From positions 96,001 through 160,000 of IMG/VR virus record IMGVR_UViG_3300015360_000023: 64,000 nucleotides of DNA; one strand, written 5' to 3'. Shown here in pieces: positions 56,632 through 64,000 of the stretch (the first letter of the stretch is position 1; the number at the start of each line of letters is the position of its first letter). Source of the stretch: a virus (taxonomy: Duplodnaviria; Caudoviricetes). A model generated the notes under the pieces. It saw nothing but the letters and a program-made list of their open reading frames with translations, did not search any database and was not told where the DNA came from. The position numbers and the translations under genes are program-made.

Positions 56632-57570
56632 TTATAAACCTATTATAGTCCAAGTGTCTAAAATATCTATTGGTCCAAGAGTTCCACATGGTGTTGCTGG
56701 GGCGTCATCATAATTAATAGTAGTTGATATCCAATAAACGGGGGTTATTGTGGAACAAGAAAGATCATATGCTCTTAGCTTGTAATAAATAGTGATTGGT
56801 TGTCCAGAATCAGATTGTAACATACCTTGCCTATAAACATTTTGAAAATATGATTGAGGTCTAGCTATGTTCGCAATTCTAAAATCACAAATAGAGTAAG
56901 CTCCCTCTTCTACGCTACCAGATCCAAGTGGACCTCCAAAAAACCAAGGCCCATTATTACCATAGTTGATTGCCCCTGTAGAAGCCACTTGACCAACTAA
57001 ATTTCCATTAAGATATCCATAAACAAAAGAGCCATCATAAACTAGCCCTATATGACACCAAGTTTGAATTGGGATATTGTTACCGGCATCGAGCACTATA
57101 GAACCGCCAGTACTTGGAGCTATGAATAGATCAAAAGCAGTTGATTGGGAAGTGTATGTTCTATTTTGTAATCCTACTTGAGCAAAAACTCCAGACCATG
57201 TATTAGCTGTATGCTGTTTTGAAAAATAATGTTGAGTTAATCCATTTGCATAAATTCTTAAATAAAGCCAACAAGAAAATGTAACGGGAGATTGAGGAAC
57301 AACGGCATTAGCTCCTAAAATATAATTTCTGGGAGAGCCTGCATTATTGCCTGAAAATAAAACAGAAGTATTATTGCCCGTAGCTGCAAATGGGCTTGGT
57401 TGTTGAAGCTTAGGTGCGCCAGTACCAGTCCCTGATAGGGTAGCTAAATCTGAGACAGCATGCGAGGGCGCAGAGGTAGAGGTAGAAGAGTTGATGAACG
57501 GTGCTGCCGCATCATCAAATTTCCAAACTACAATATCATTATTATCAGGATCTACTCTTGTTCCAACCAT
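56632..57570 (-). CDS. LamG/ConA-like protein with C-terminal YYK module
   Basis: TFSCW, WCHIGLVYDG...YLNG, DFRIANIARP; tail YYKLRAYDLSC. Confidence 0.78.
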   Translation of the reverse strand: MVGTRVDPDNNDIVVWKFDDAAAPFINSSTSTSAPSHAVSDLATLSGTGTGAPKLQQPSPFAATGNNTSVLFSGNNAGSPRNYILGANAVVPQSPVTFSCWLYLRIYANGLTQHYFSKQHTANTWSGVFAQVGLQNRTYTSQSTAFDLFIAPSTGGSIVLDAGNNIPIQTWCHIGLVYDGSFVYGYLNGNLVGQVASTGAINYGNNGPWFFGGPLGSGSVEEGAYSICDFRIANIARPQSYFQNVYRQGMLQSDSGQPITIYYKLRAYDLSCSTITPVYWISTTINYDDAPATPCGTLGPIDILDTWTIIGL

Positions 57571-57579
57571 TATTCCGCC

Positions 57580-58311
57580 TTAAGGTAAAAATCCATTGTA
57601 ATATATGTTTGCAAAATAAGATTGTGGCCTAGCTATATTAGCAACTCTTATGTCTTGCACTATAATTGAAGATTCTTGATTAACGCTAGTACCTGGAATG
57701 CCCCCAACATACCATTGCCCTGGACTGCCAGAAGTATTATAATCAATAGTCGCTGTGTAAGCGGCAGAAGTAGCTAAACTTCCATTAATGTACATATTCA
57801 TTGTAGTTCCATCCCAAGTTCCACCGAGATGGCACCATCTACCTACGGGAATTCCATAATTAGCGGGGCAACGTAATTGCGTTTGTAATACTCCGCCACT
57901 CGTAATGTAAAGATCGAGCTGACCATCTTGAGTTGTATGCATTTGAAAACCAAATGTTAAAAATGGATAACTCCAAGCATTTATAAAATATTGTTTATTA
58001 AAAATCTCACCAGCTACTGAGGGGTACTTTCTCATAAAGACCCATCCTGAAAGAGAAACATTTGGTGAGGCTGTAATATTATTAGCCCCTCCAGCCCCAT
58101 TACGCACGCTAGAAATAAGAATAGATCCCGGTATATAAAGAGCATTTCTTTTATTATTTATATTGAGTAAGCCCGTTGCATTGTTAACCGGCGCCCCGAA
58201 TTGAACAAAATCTCCGGCCGTTCCCGCAGTACCATCATTAATGTGAGTAGATGTACCTTGTGTTAAAGGAATAACTAATACATCATATCCGTCTGGAGAT
58301 ATTCTTGGCAT
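57580..58311 (-). CDS. LamG/ConA-like protein
   Basis: SLSGW, WCHLGGTWDG...MYING, DIRVANIARP. Confidence 0.78.
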   Translation of the reverse strand: MPRISPDGYDVLVIPLTQGTSTHINDGTAGTAGDFVQFGAPVNNATGLLNINNKRNALYIPGSILISSVRNGAGGANNITASPNVSLSGWVFMRKYPSVAGEIFNKQYFINAWSYPFLTFGFQMHTTQDGQLDLYITSGGVLQTQLRCPANYGIPVGRWCHLGGTWDGTTMNMYINGSLATSAAYTATIDYNTSGSPGQWYVGGIPGTSVNQESSIIVQDIRVANIARPQSYFANIYYNGFLP

Positions 58312-58320
58312 TATATTTCC

Positions 58321-59565
58321 TTATACGTACGTTATTTGTAATCGCGCATTATTGCATATAGCTCGGTCGGCTGGCGAGCCACTTACTTTCCATAATTGAA
58401 CTTCATATCTAGTTGAAACATCATTTCTAATATTTCCAGCAGAAGCACCAACTGTAAGTAATACAGATACTTCAGCAGCAATTGTATTAGTAAATTGAAA
58501 TTTAGTTCCAGTTACTAATATATTATGTGTTGTGTCCCAAAGCTGGATGTATCCATCTGTTCCTGGGGCAGAGATCTCAATATCTGCCATAAATCTGACA
58601 AATCTTCCTCGACCATCAGGTAGTGTAGCTGGGAAATTGCTCATATTTAAAACTCTTCCACCAATTCCTGCTGGAGTTGTAAAACCACTTACATCAACCC
58701 CTGTTACAATATTAATATCAGTTGGTAAAGCTAAAGGAACGAGGGCGCTAACTAAAATTGGAGAGCTATAACTAAATTCTATTCTAGCATTTCTACAAAT
58801 AACTTGGTCGTTTACCCCGCCACCCAATAAATAAATTTGAGCTTCATACATTGTAAGGTCACAGTAACCGTCTCTTATGTATCCATCAGTAGTGCCTGAT
58901 GTAATTACTGCTGAAAGCTCTACAGAAGATAAACTGTTTGTACTTAATGTAGAATTAAAAATAATTGCATTATGAGTAATGTCTTTAAGTTGAACATATC
59001 CTACGGTTGCAGTATTAGTAACCTCTAAATCTGCAATAAATTTCATTGTTCTATTTCTGCCATCTGTATATTGAGATGGAAATAGATTTAAATCAATAAC
59101 ACGGGCGCCAACTCTAGATGGGCTTGTGCTATTGGTGTAGCCGTCGCCTGATAAAAATTGAACATCAACAGGTAAAAGAACAGAAGTTGGTAAAACATTA
59201 ATAATAATGCTGCTATTAGTACTTGGAACCCAGGCAATACCATTCCAAGCAATAATTTGATTAACGCTGGGGGCTTGGTCAGAAAAGGGTCTTCCTCCAA
59301 AGCCCATAACTTTGGTTGTTGATAATCCTCCAATAACATCTCCGCTTACTCCGCTTATAGAAAGATTAGAAATAGCTAAATCCATAGCATCTAGTCTTGA
59401 TCTAACTGTAGAGTAAGCTCCACTTGGTTTAATTCCAAGCTCAGCTTCAACGGCTACAATGGCATTTCTTAGTCTATTGACAGTATCGCCTTGAACTGTG
59501 GTCGAATTGTCAGTAACTAAAGGCAATGTAACAAGATTATCTATCTGGGCAGGGTATTTGGACAT
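58321..59565 (-). CDS. Fibre-like virion protein: N-terminal attachment module plus two tandem C-terminal domains
   Basis: YP..D...LP...N.LR.A..A.E.ELG..PSG.YS.VR.R head shared with 59654; IAWNGIAW motif; duplicated DGR...FxAD.E...GY.QL.D.THN...YE...IC.NAR...Y. Confidence 0.72.
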   Translation of the reverse strand: MSKYPAQIDNLVTLPLVTDNSTTVQGDTVNRLRNAIVAVEAELGIKPSGAYSTVRSRLDAMDLAISNLSISGVSGDVIGGLSTTKVMGFGGRPFSDQAPSVNQIIAWNGIAWVPSTNSSIIINVLPTSVLLPVDVQFLSGDGYTNSTSPSRVGARVIDLNLFPSQYTDGRNRTMKFIADLEVTNTATVGYVQLKDITHNAIIFNSTLSTNSLSSVELSAVITSGTTDGYIRDGYCDLTMYEAQIYLLGGGVNDQVICRNARIEFSYSSPILVSALVPLALPTDINIVTGVDVSGFTTPAGIGGRVLNMSNFPATLPDGRGRFVRFMADIEISAPGTDGYIQLWDTTHNILVTGTKFQFTNTIAAEVSVLLTVGASAGNIRNDVSTRYEVQLWKVSGSPADRAICNNARLQITYV

Positions 59566-59653
59566 GAAAGCCTTAGTTGTCTAGCGATTAAAATTTCCTG
59601 AAGATATGCTAAAAGTTTAGTATACTTGTGAATATACGTACAAAAGATAAAAC

Positions 59654-62389
59654 ATGACAAATTACCCTAACAGCCAAGACAATATCATCACGCTTCCTGG
59701 CGTTTCAGGAGTCACCGACGAGGACATTGCTATCAATGCCTTAAGAGAGGCCGCATTTGCAATTGAAAAAGAATTGGGAATTGTGCCTAGCGGTGTTTAT
59801 TCTGATGTTAGAGCTAGATTTGATATTCTAGAAGCTAGAATCAATAGTCCAGCATCTGGTATTATCTTAAGCGATGGCTACACTAATAGCCCATTTTTTA
59901 TTGTAAATACTCCATCAGCCGTAACGCTAAGTATCAGTGACGGATACGGAGTTCCTACTGAAAATAGAATCGATGGTTCTCTTTTCATGCGAGCAGACGG
60001 CTACGCTAATCATGAACTTTACATTCGTAGAAGCGGAGCTTGGTATCCAATGCAATCTGATTTATGGGTTGCTGGCGGAGACCTATCTGGAACTTACACG
60101 AATCAAACAGTTATTGGCATTAGGGGAAAATCTCTTAACGTATCTTTAGCTACTACGGGCGCGACCCAAGACGGATATCATCTTACTTGGAACAATGTCA
60201 TTACTTCTTGGGAAGCACAAACTGGTTTTATTGCTAATGGAGATCTTGCAATTCTTAGCGGTCCATTTGGTAGGACTGGTCAAACAGTTGTAAGACTTCA
60301 AGGCAGAACTTTAGCTAGTACAGCTCCTAGCGGAGCTACTTCTTCAGATGGTGACGGACTTGCTTGGGATCCTTCCACTAGCCAGTGGCAACCAAGGCCC
60401 CGTGCTATTATCTTTGACGGATATGTTGCTAGAAGCAATATAAGATCAAATAAAATTTTACAATCACCAATTCTAAATACTAAAACTGGTATCGTTAATT
60501 TTGGTAGTCGTTCTACTGGTGGCGCAGTGGGAGCCCAAGAAGATTACTCGGCTATTCTTTCTGGTGACAGAGGCGCAGCAACTAATACATTCAGCCTAAT
60601 AGTTGGTGGTGATAGCCATATCGTTAGCGGCCAATACGGCACTGCAATTAATGGATTAAGTAATATTATTAGCGGTCAATATGGATCTGTAATTAATGGA
60701 TTAAGTAATACTGCCTCTTCTCAATATTCTTTCGTAGGAAATGGAACGCTTAATACAGCTAGCCAGACTCATGCTTTTGTATTAGATGGCTATTCTAACA
60801 CTGCATCTGGCGTTAATTCATTTGTCTTGGGCGGGGGCAGCAACGCTCCAGCAGCCTCCTTCTCTGGAGTGCTAAACGGTATCTCCAATACCATTACTTC
60901 CACCTCAACTCATGCGGGTATCGGCTTTGGCTCCAACAACGCGATTGCTGGCGCCACGTCAACTTATACGATTATTCTAGGCGGTAGCGGCAACACGGCC
61001 AATGGACAGAACATCTTCTTAGGAAATCCAACTGGAGCCAGCGTATCCTCTGCTTATTCAGCAGTTGTCTCCGGTCAAACAAATATAATTAACGCGGCCT
61101 CAACTTTCTCATTCGTTGGCGCGGGCGTTAATAATACGCTAACCGGATTGTATGCAACAATCTTAAACGGTACAACTTCAACAGTTAACGGTTTACACGG
61201 TCTAATTCTAAATGGTAATACTAATTCTGTAACAGGAAGTTATTCTACCATCGTAAATGGGCTTAACAACATCATTAGCGGTGCAGTATCTCATGCCGGC
61301 ATCTTTGACGGATATAGCAATACAGTATCTATTTCAGGCGGACTTGTTCTAGGCGGATTTAGTAATACAGTTTCTGGATTGTATTCAACTGTTGTAAATG
61401 GTAATGGAAATAATTTTGCAGCAAGTAACTCTACAGTTCTAAATGGAAGCACTAATACGGCTGATGCTGCCAGCATGCAATGCACAGTTCTTAATGGAAC
61501 TGGTAATGCTATTATTGGTACAATTAACGGATTGATTTCAGGCAACACAAACACAGTAACTAATGCAAGTAATTCTTATGTCTTTGGTGGTTCTAACATT
61601 GTTCTAGCTGCATCTTCCAAAATTATTGGAAACAGTAATACTGTTGCGCCGGGTGGCACTTTCAATAGAATTTTTGGTAGCACAAATGCACTTAGCGCAG
61701 GGGCCACCACGAATACTATATTTGGTAATTCTAATCAATTAATAAATACGGCTAATAACTCTGTTGTGGCTGGGCATTCTAACATTGTTGATGCTGGCGG
61801 AAATAACGTTGTCTTAGGCTCAACAAATATTACAAATGGTAATTTCTCTACTGTCATGGGACAATATGGTAAGTCCAGAATGTTTGGACAATATGTTCAT
61901 GCCAACTCTAGATTCACTGGTGGAACCATTGGTCAAGCTCAGTTCTCTAGATTAATTCTAACTGGAACGGCAAACTCAGGCGCCGCTATCCAATGTTTAT
62001 TGCAGGACGCTGCACCAACGCCCCCAACGTTCGTAGATGGCTATTCTTATGATATGCAGATTAGAGTACTAGTAGTTAATACTTCTCCAATCTCACCTAA
62101 CCCTGTTGTTCCTGCTCGTTTTGTTTTTGATGTATTAGCTCATCAAGAAGGTGGCGTTCTAATCTTAGATAATATTAATCAAAGTGTAATTACTCTAAAT
62201 ACATCTGATGATCCTACGGGCGTTACCCGTACAGTAGGTTGGTCTGTCAGCGTAACAGCGTCTACTAATCAATTATTAGTTACCGTTGATCCTGAGATAT
62301 CATCCGCTAATTATGTTCAACCAACAAATACCGCATCAAATAGAAGAGCTATTGCAACTATCGATATGCGCGAGGTAACGAGACTATAA
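59654..62389 (+). CDS. Tail-fibre/adhesin-like protein with YadA-head-like GxxN beta-roll repeats
   Basis: Shared N-terminal head; GDLSG...VIGIRG and LAWDP..SQW units; long run of ~14-15-residue (S/A)xIxxGxxN repeats. Confidence 0.75.
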   Translation: MTNYPNSQDNIITLPGVSGVTDEDIAINALREAAFAIEKELGIVPSGVYSDVRARFDILEARINSPASGIILSDGYTNSPFFIVNTPSAVTLSISDGYGVPTENRIDGSLFMRADGYANHELYIRRSGAWYPMQSDLWVAGGDLSGTYTNQTVIGIRGKSLNVSLATTGATQDGYHLTWNNVITSWEAQTGFIANGDLAILSGPFGRTGQTVVRLQGRTLASTAPSGATSSDGDGLAWDPSTSQWQPRPRAIIFDGYVARSNIRSNKILQSPILNTKTGIVNFGSRSTGGAVGAQEDYSAILSGDRGAATNTFSLIVGGDSHIVSGQYGTAINGLSNIISGQYGSVINGLSNTASSQYSFVGNGTLNTASQTHAFVLDGYSNTASGVNSFVLGGGSNAPAASFSGVLNGISNTITSTSTHAGIGFGSNNAIAGATSTYTIILGGSGNTANGQNIFLGNPTGASVSSAYSAVVSGQTNIINAASTFSFVGAGVNNTLTGLYATILNGTTSTVNGLHGLILNGNTNSVTGSYSTIVNGLNNIISGAVSHAGIFDGYSNTVSISGGLVLGGFSNTVSGLYSTVVNGNGNNFAASNSTVLNGSTNTADAASMQCTVLNGTGNAIIGTINGLISGNTNTVTNASNSYVFGGSNIVLAASSKIIGNSNTVAPGGTFNRIFGSTNALSAGATTNTIFGNSNQLINTANNSVVAGHSNIVDAGGNNVVLGSTNITNGNFSTVMGQYGKSRMFGQYVHANSRFTGGTIGQAQFSRLILTGTANSGAAIQCLLQDAAPTPPTFVDGYSYDMQIRVLVVNTSPISPNPVVPARFVFDVLAHQEGGVLILDNINQSVITLNTSDDPTGVTRTVGWSVSVTASTNQLLVTVDPEISSANYVQPTNTASNRRAIATIDMREVTRL

Positions 62390-62820
62390 TGCCAAGACAT
62401 ACTCCTAGAACTAAAACATTTGTTATGCCAGAGATAACTGACAGGTTTCCTGCTGGAAATCCTCCTGACGGCTATGTAGTAACTTTCAGTGGGACTGATG
62501 GTTATTATTATCCTAGACCTACTTCTAAACTTTTACTTTTAGGAGTTCCATCTGCGGGCGGGCCTCATACGATTACGACAGAAGATCTTGTTTTAGTTCC
62601 AAGTCATAGCGGAACTTACATTGTTAACTTGCCAGTAGCCCCTCCAATTGGATTTCATGTATTTGTTAAAGATTTCGCAGGTGTAGCTCTTGCTAACCCA
62701 ATCAATGTTGTGGCCGCCGCCAATATAGATGGCACTTCGCCTTACATAATAAATGTAAATTATGGTGGTGCCCATTTTGTTTTCAATGGTGCGACCTGGT
62801 CAATTATCAGTAAATTCTAA
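62389..62820 (+). CDS. Small virion protein carrying the same C-terminal domain as 34100..36559
   Basis: IVNLPVAPPIG...VKDFAG...NPINV...IDG...NYGG...FNGATW versus ITLPLSPTTG...VKDANG...NNITI...IDA...NYGT...YNGSKW. Confidence 0.75.
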   Translation: MPRHTPRTKTFVMPEITDRFPAGNPPDGYVVTFSGTDGYYYPRPTSKLLLLGVPSAGGPHTITTEDLVLVPSHSGTYIVNLPVAPPIGFHVFVKDFAGVALANPINVVAAANIDGTSPYIINVNYGGAHFVFNGATWSIISKF

Positions 62821-62889
62821 GAAGTTACAGAATTCTACGTATTTAGAATGGTCATAATCTAATAAAGAGACATCTCTCTAGGAGAATCT

Positions 62890-64000
62890 ATGGCAATTCA
62901 GTACTACATGCGAGCATACAATACAAGCCTTTCCAATTATGTGGAGTGGATTGTAAATGACACGCCCGACACAGTCGGTACCTTTTCTGGTTATCCAACT
63001 AACCAGTTAACTAATATTATTGTCAATAGAATAGTTAGTTCAAAGGTTGATAATTTTCTAAAACCCAATCAATCTCTTGGTGGAAATGATGGTTATTATT
63101 TCCATATTAATAGTTATGATTGGTTAAAGGCTACAGCCCCAATTGGCGTTCCTACTACCTTAGCTGGTGTCGCCATTGAAAGAGGAATTACCTCTATAGC
63201 TACTGTTTCAGCAGCCACTAATGCAACGCCTATCGTATTAACTACGTCTGCCCATGGTATTACTGTAGGTGCTCAGGTTATGATTACGGTGATAGGCGTT
63301 TTAGGTAACGTCGCTGCCAATGGCACTTTTCCGGCCGTAGCTACTACGGGAACTAGTTTTTCATTAATTGGTTCTGAAGGTAGTGGAGCTTATACTTCCG
63401 GTGGTACTATTTATACGCCAACCGATTTCTCAACTCTTACTTGGGATGAAACTAATAACAGTTGGAGAATGGCACTTAATACAAGTGGCAATGGACTTAC
63501 CTTGGGCGCAAGTCAAAATCTTAGAGTATTAAATTCCTTCGTTGATGGCTATGCCTCCTTAGGAACTACCGCTCATGGAACGACCACCGTAGCGGCAACG
63601 GGCACAATAAGATTTCCAAACAATCAATTTATGATTGGTAGAAATGTTGGTTTAACTGCCGATATTTCTATGATTGGTATTGATACTTTGAATAGAATTA
63701 AAATCGGAGCTGGTGTTTCTGATTTAGTTTATTTACCAGGTAATCTTGATGTTGATGGATACATTGTTCATGACGGAACGGGAACTAACGTTCCGCTTAC
63801 CGGATTTATCCGTGAGCAAAATGGTACTAACATCATTGCTGTTAGAAATCAAGCAGGCACTCTTGATATCGTAGTTCTATCTACTACCGCAGCTAATCGT
63901 ATCGTCCTTGGAGACGCTGTTAATGCTGGAACAGTTTATAATACTGCTACTGGCGGACTTCATGCTTTCCAGATTAACTCAGTTTCAACAATTGAGTTAG
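62890..64000 (+). CDS. 5' part of a further virion/fibre gene running off the window (not in the ORF track)
   Basis: AGGAG RBS and ATG 62890, open to the end: MAIQYYMRAYNTSLSNYVEW..., with an FCCH-like module ATNATPIVLTTSAHG...AANG...AYTSGGT. Confidence 0.85.
   Translation, partial: MAIQYYMRAYNTSLSNYVEWIVNDTPDTVGTFSGYPTNQLTNIIVNRIVSSKVDNFLKPNQSLGGNDGYYFHINSYDWLKATAPIGVPTTLAGVAIERGITSIATVSAATNATPIVLTTSAHGITVGAQVMITVIGVLGNVAANGTFPAVATTGTSFSLIGSEGSGAYTSGGTIYTPTDFSTLTWDETNNSWRMALNTSGNGLTLGASQNLRVLNSFVDGYASLGTTAHGTTTVAATGTIRFPNNQFMIGRNVGLTADISMIGIDTLNRIKIGAGVSDLVYLPGNLDVDGYIVHDGTGTNVPLTGFIREQNGTNIIAVRNQAGTLDIVVLSTTAANRIVLGDAVNAGTVYNTATGGLHAFQINSVSTIEL

Noticed and set aside
43369-59653. Minus-strand block as a site-specific invertible segment
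   Set aside because: No recombinase is in the window and I saw no matching inverted repeats at the two ends. The homologous heads of 58321 and 59654 are too diverged at DNA level.
852-62775. Short alternative-frame and antisense ORFs in the track (e.g. 852..1040, 6289..6570, 22804..23145, 37872..38270, 51500..52054)
   Set aside because: They lie entirely within or opposite long well-supported genes, lack an RBS and motifs, and read as shadows of the coding strand.
43369-64000. Thr/Gly-rich repeats as a CRISPR array or non-coding repeat
   Set aside because: Repeats are degenerate at DNA level, conserved at protein level and lie inside long ORFs. There is no constant repeat-spacer periodicity and no cas gene.
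1-64000. Stop-codon reassignment (code 15 or 4) as in some huge phages
   Set aside because: TAA, TGA and TAG all end genes cleanly (e.g. TAG at 33986 and 42664, TGA at 7398), and coding density is high under code 11.
1-64000. tRNA, rRNA or structured ncRNA genes
   Set aside because: Intergenic gaps are nearly all under ~115 nt, and I saw no cloverleaf or T-loop (GTTCRA) context in them. tRNAscan-SE/Infernal would be decisive.

Overview
This is a gene-dense, AT-rich segment of a large (jumbo-type) tailed phage genome read in standard code 11. I see no host housekeeping block, integrase, rRNA, tRNA or CRISPR array. Layout: (1) 1-11417, end of a baseplate/tail-tip operon with two giant modular virion proteins. 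(2) 11.4-18.1 kb, a glycosylation locus (GT4, two GT2, dTDP-glucose 4,6-dehydratase) interleaved with an Fpg/Nei glycosylase and a membrane protein. (3) 18.1-34 kb, a tubulin/FtsZ-family GTPase, SF2 helicase, DnaC-like loader, DnaB helicase, two FmdB zinc ribbons around an HNH nuclease, a sigma70-family factor, class II RNR, PhoH, methionine aminopeptidase and an AAA_28 ATPase. (4) 34.1-43.4 kb, an isolated tail-fibre-like gene and accessory enzymes (HEXXH protein, FAD oxidoreductase, DEDDh exonuclease, GT-B-like, HAD, macrodomain-like, M23 peptidase). (5) 43.4-59.6 kb, a 12-gene minus-strand operon containing three tandem pairs of two paralogous scaffold families with plug-in modules, plus three LamG-like proteins. 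(6) 59.7-64 kb, further fibre/adhesin genes. The strongest novel signals are the A/B scaffold-plus-cassette array, a D-G-Y tripeptide found only in predicted virion proteins (possible modification or recognition signal next to phage-encoded glycosyltransferases), and a ~45-aa YYK/YYM terminal module shared by five proteins. Family assignments come from motif recognition by eye; no database search was run.
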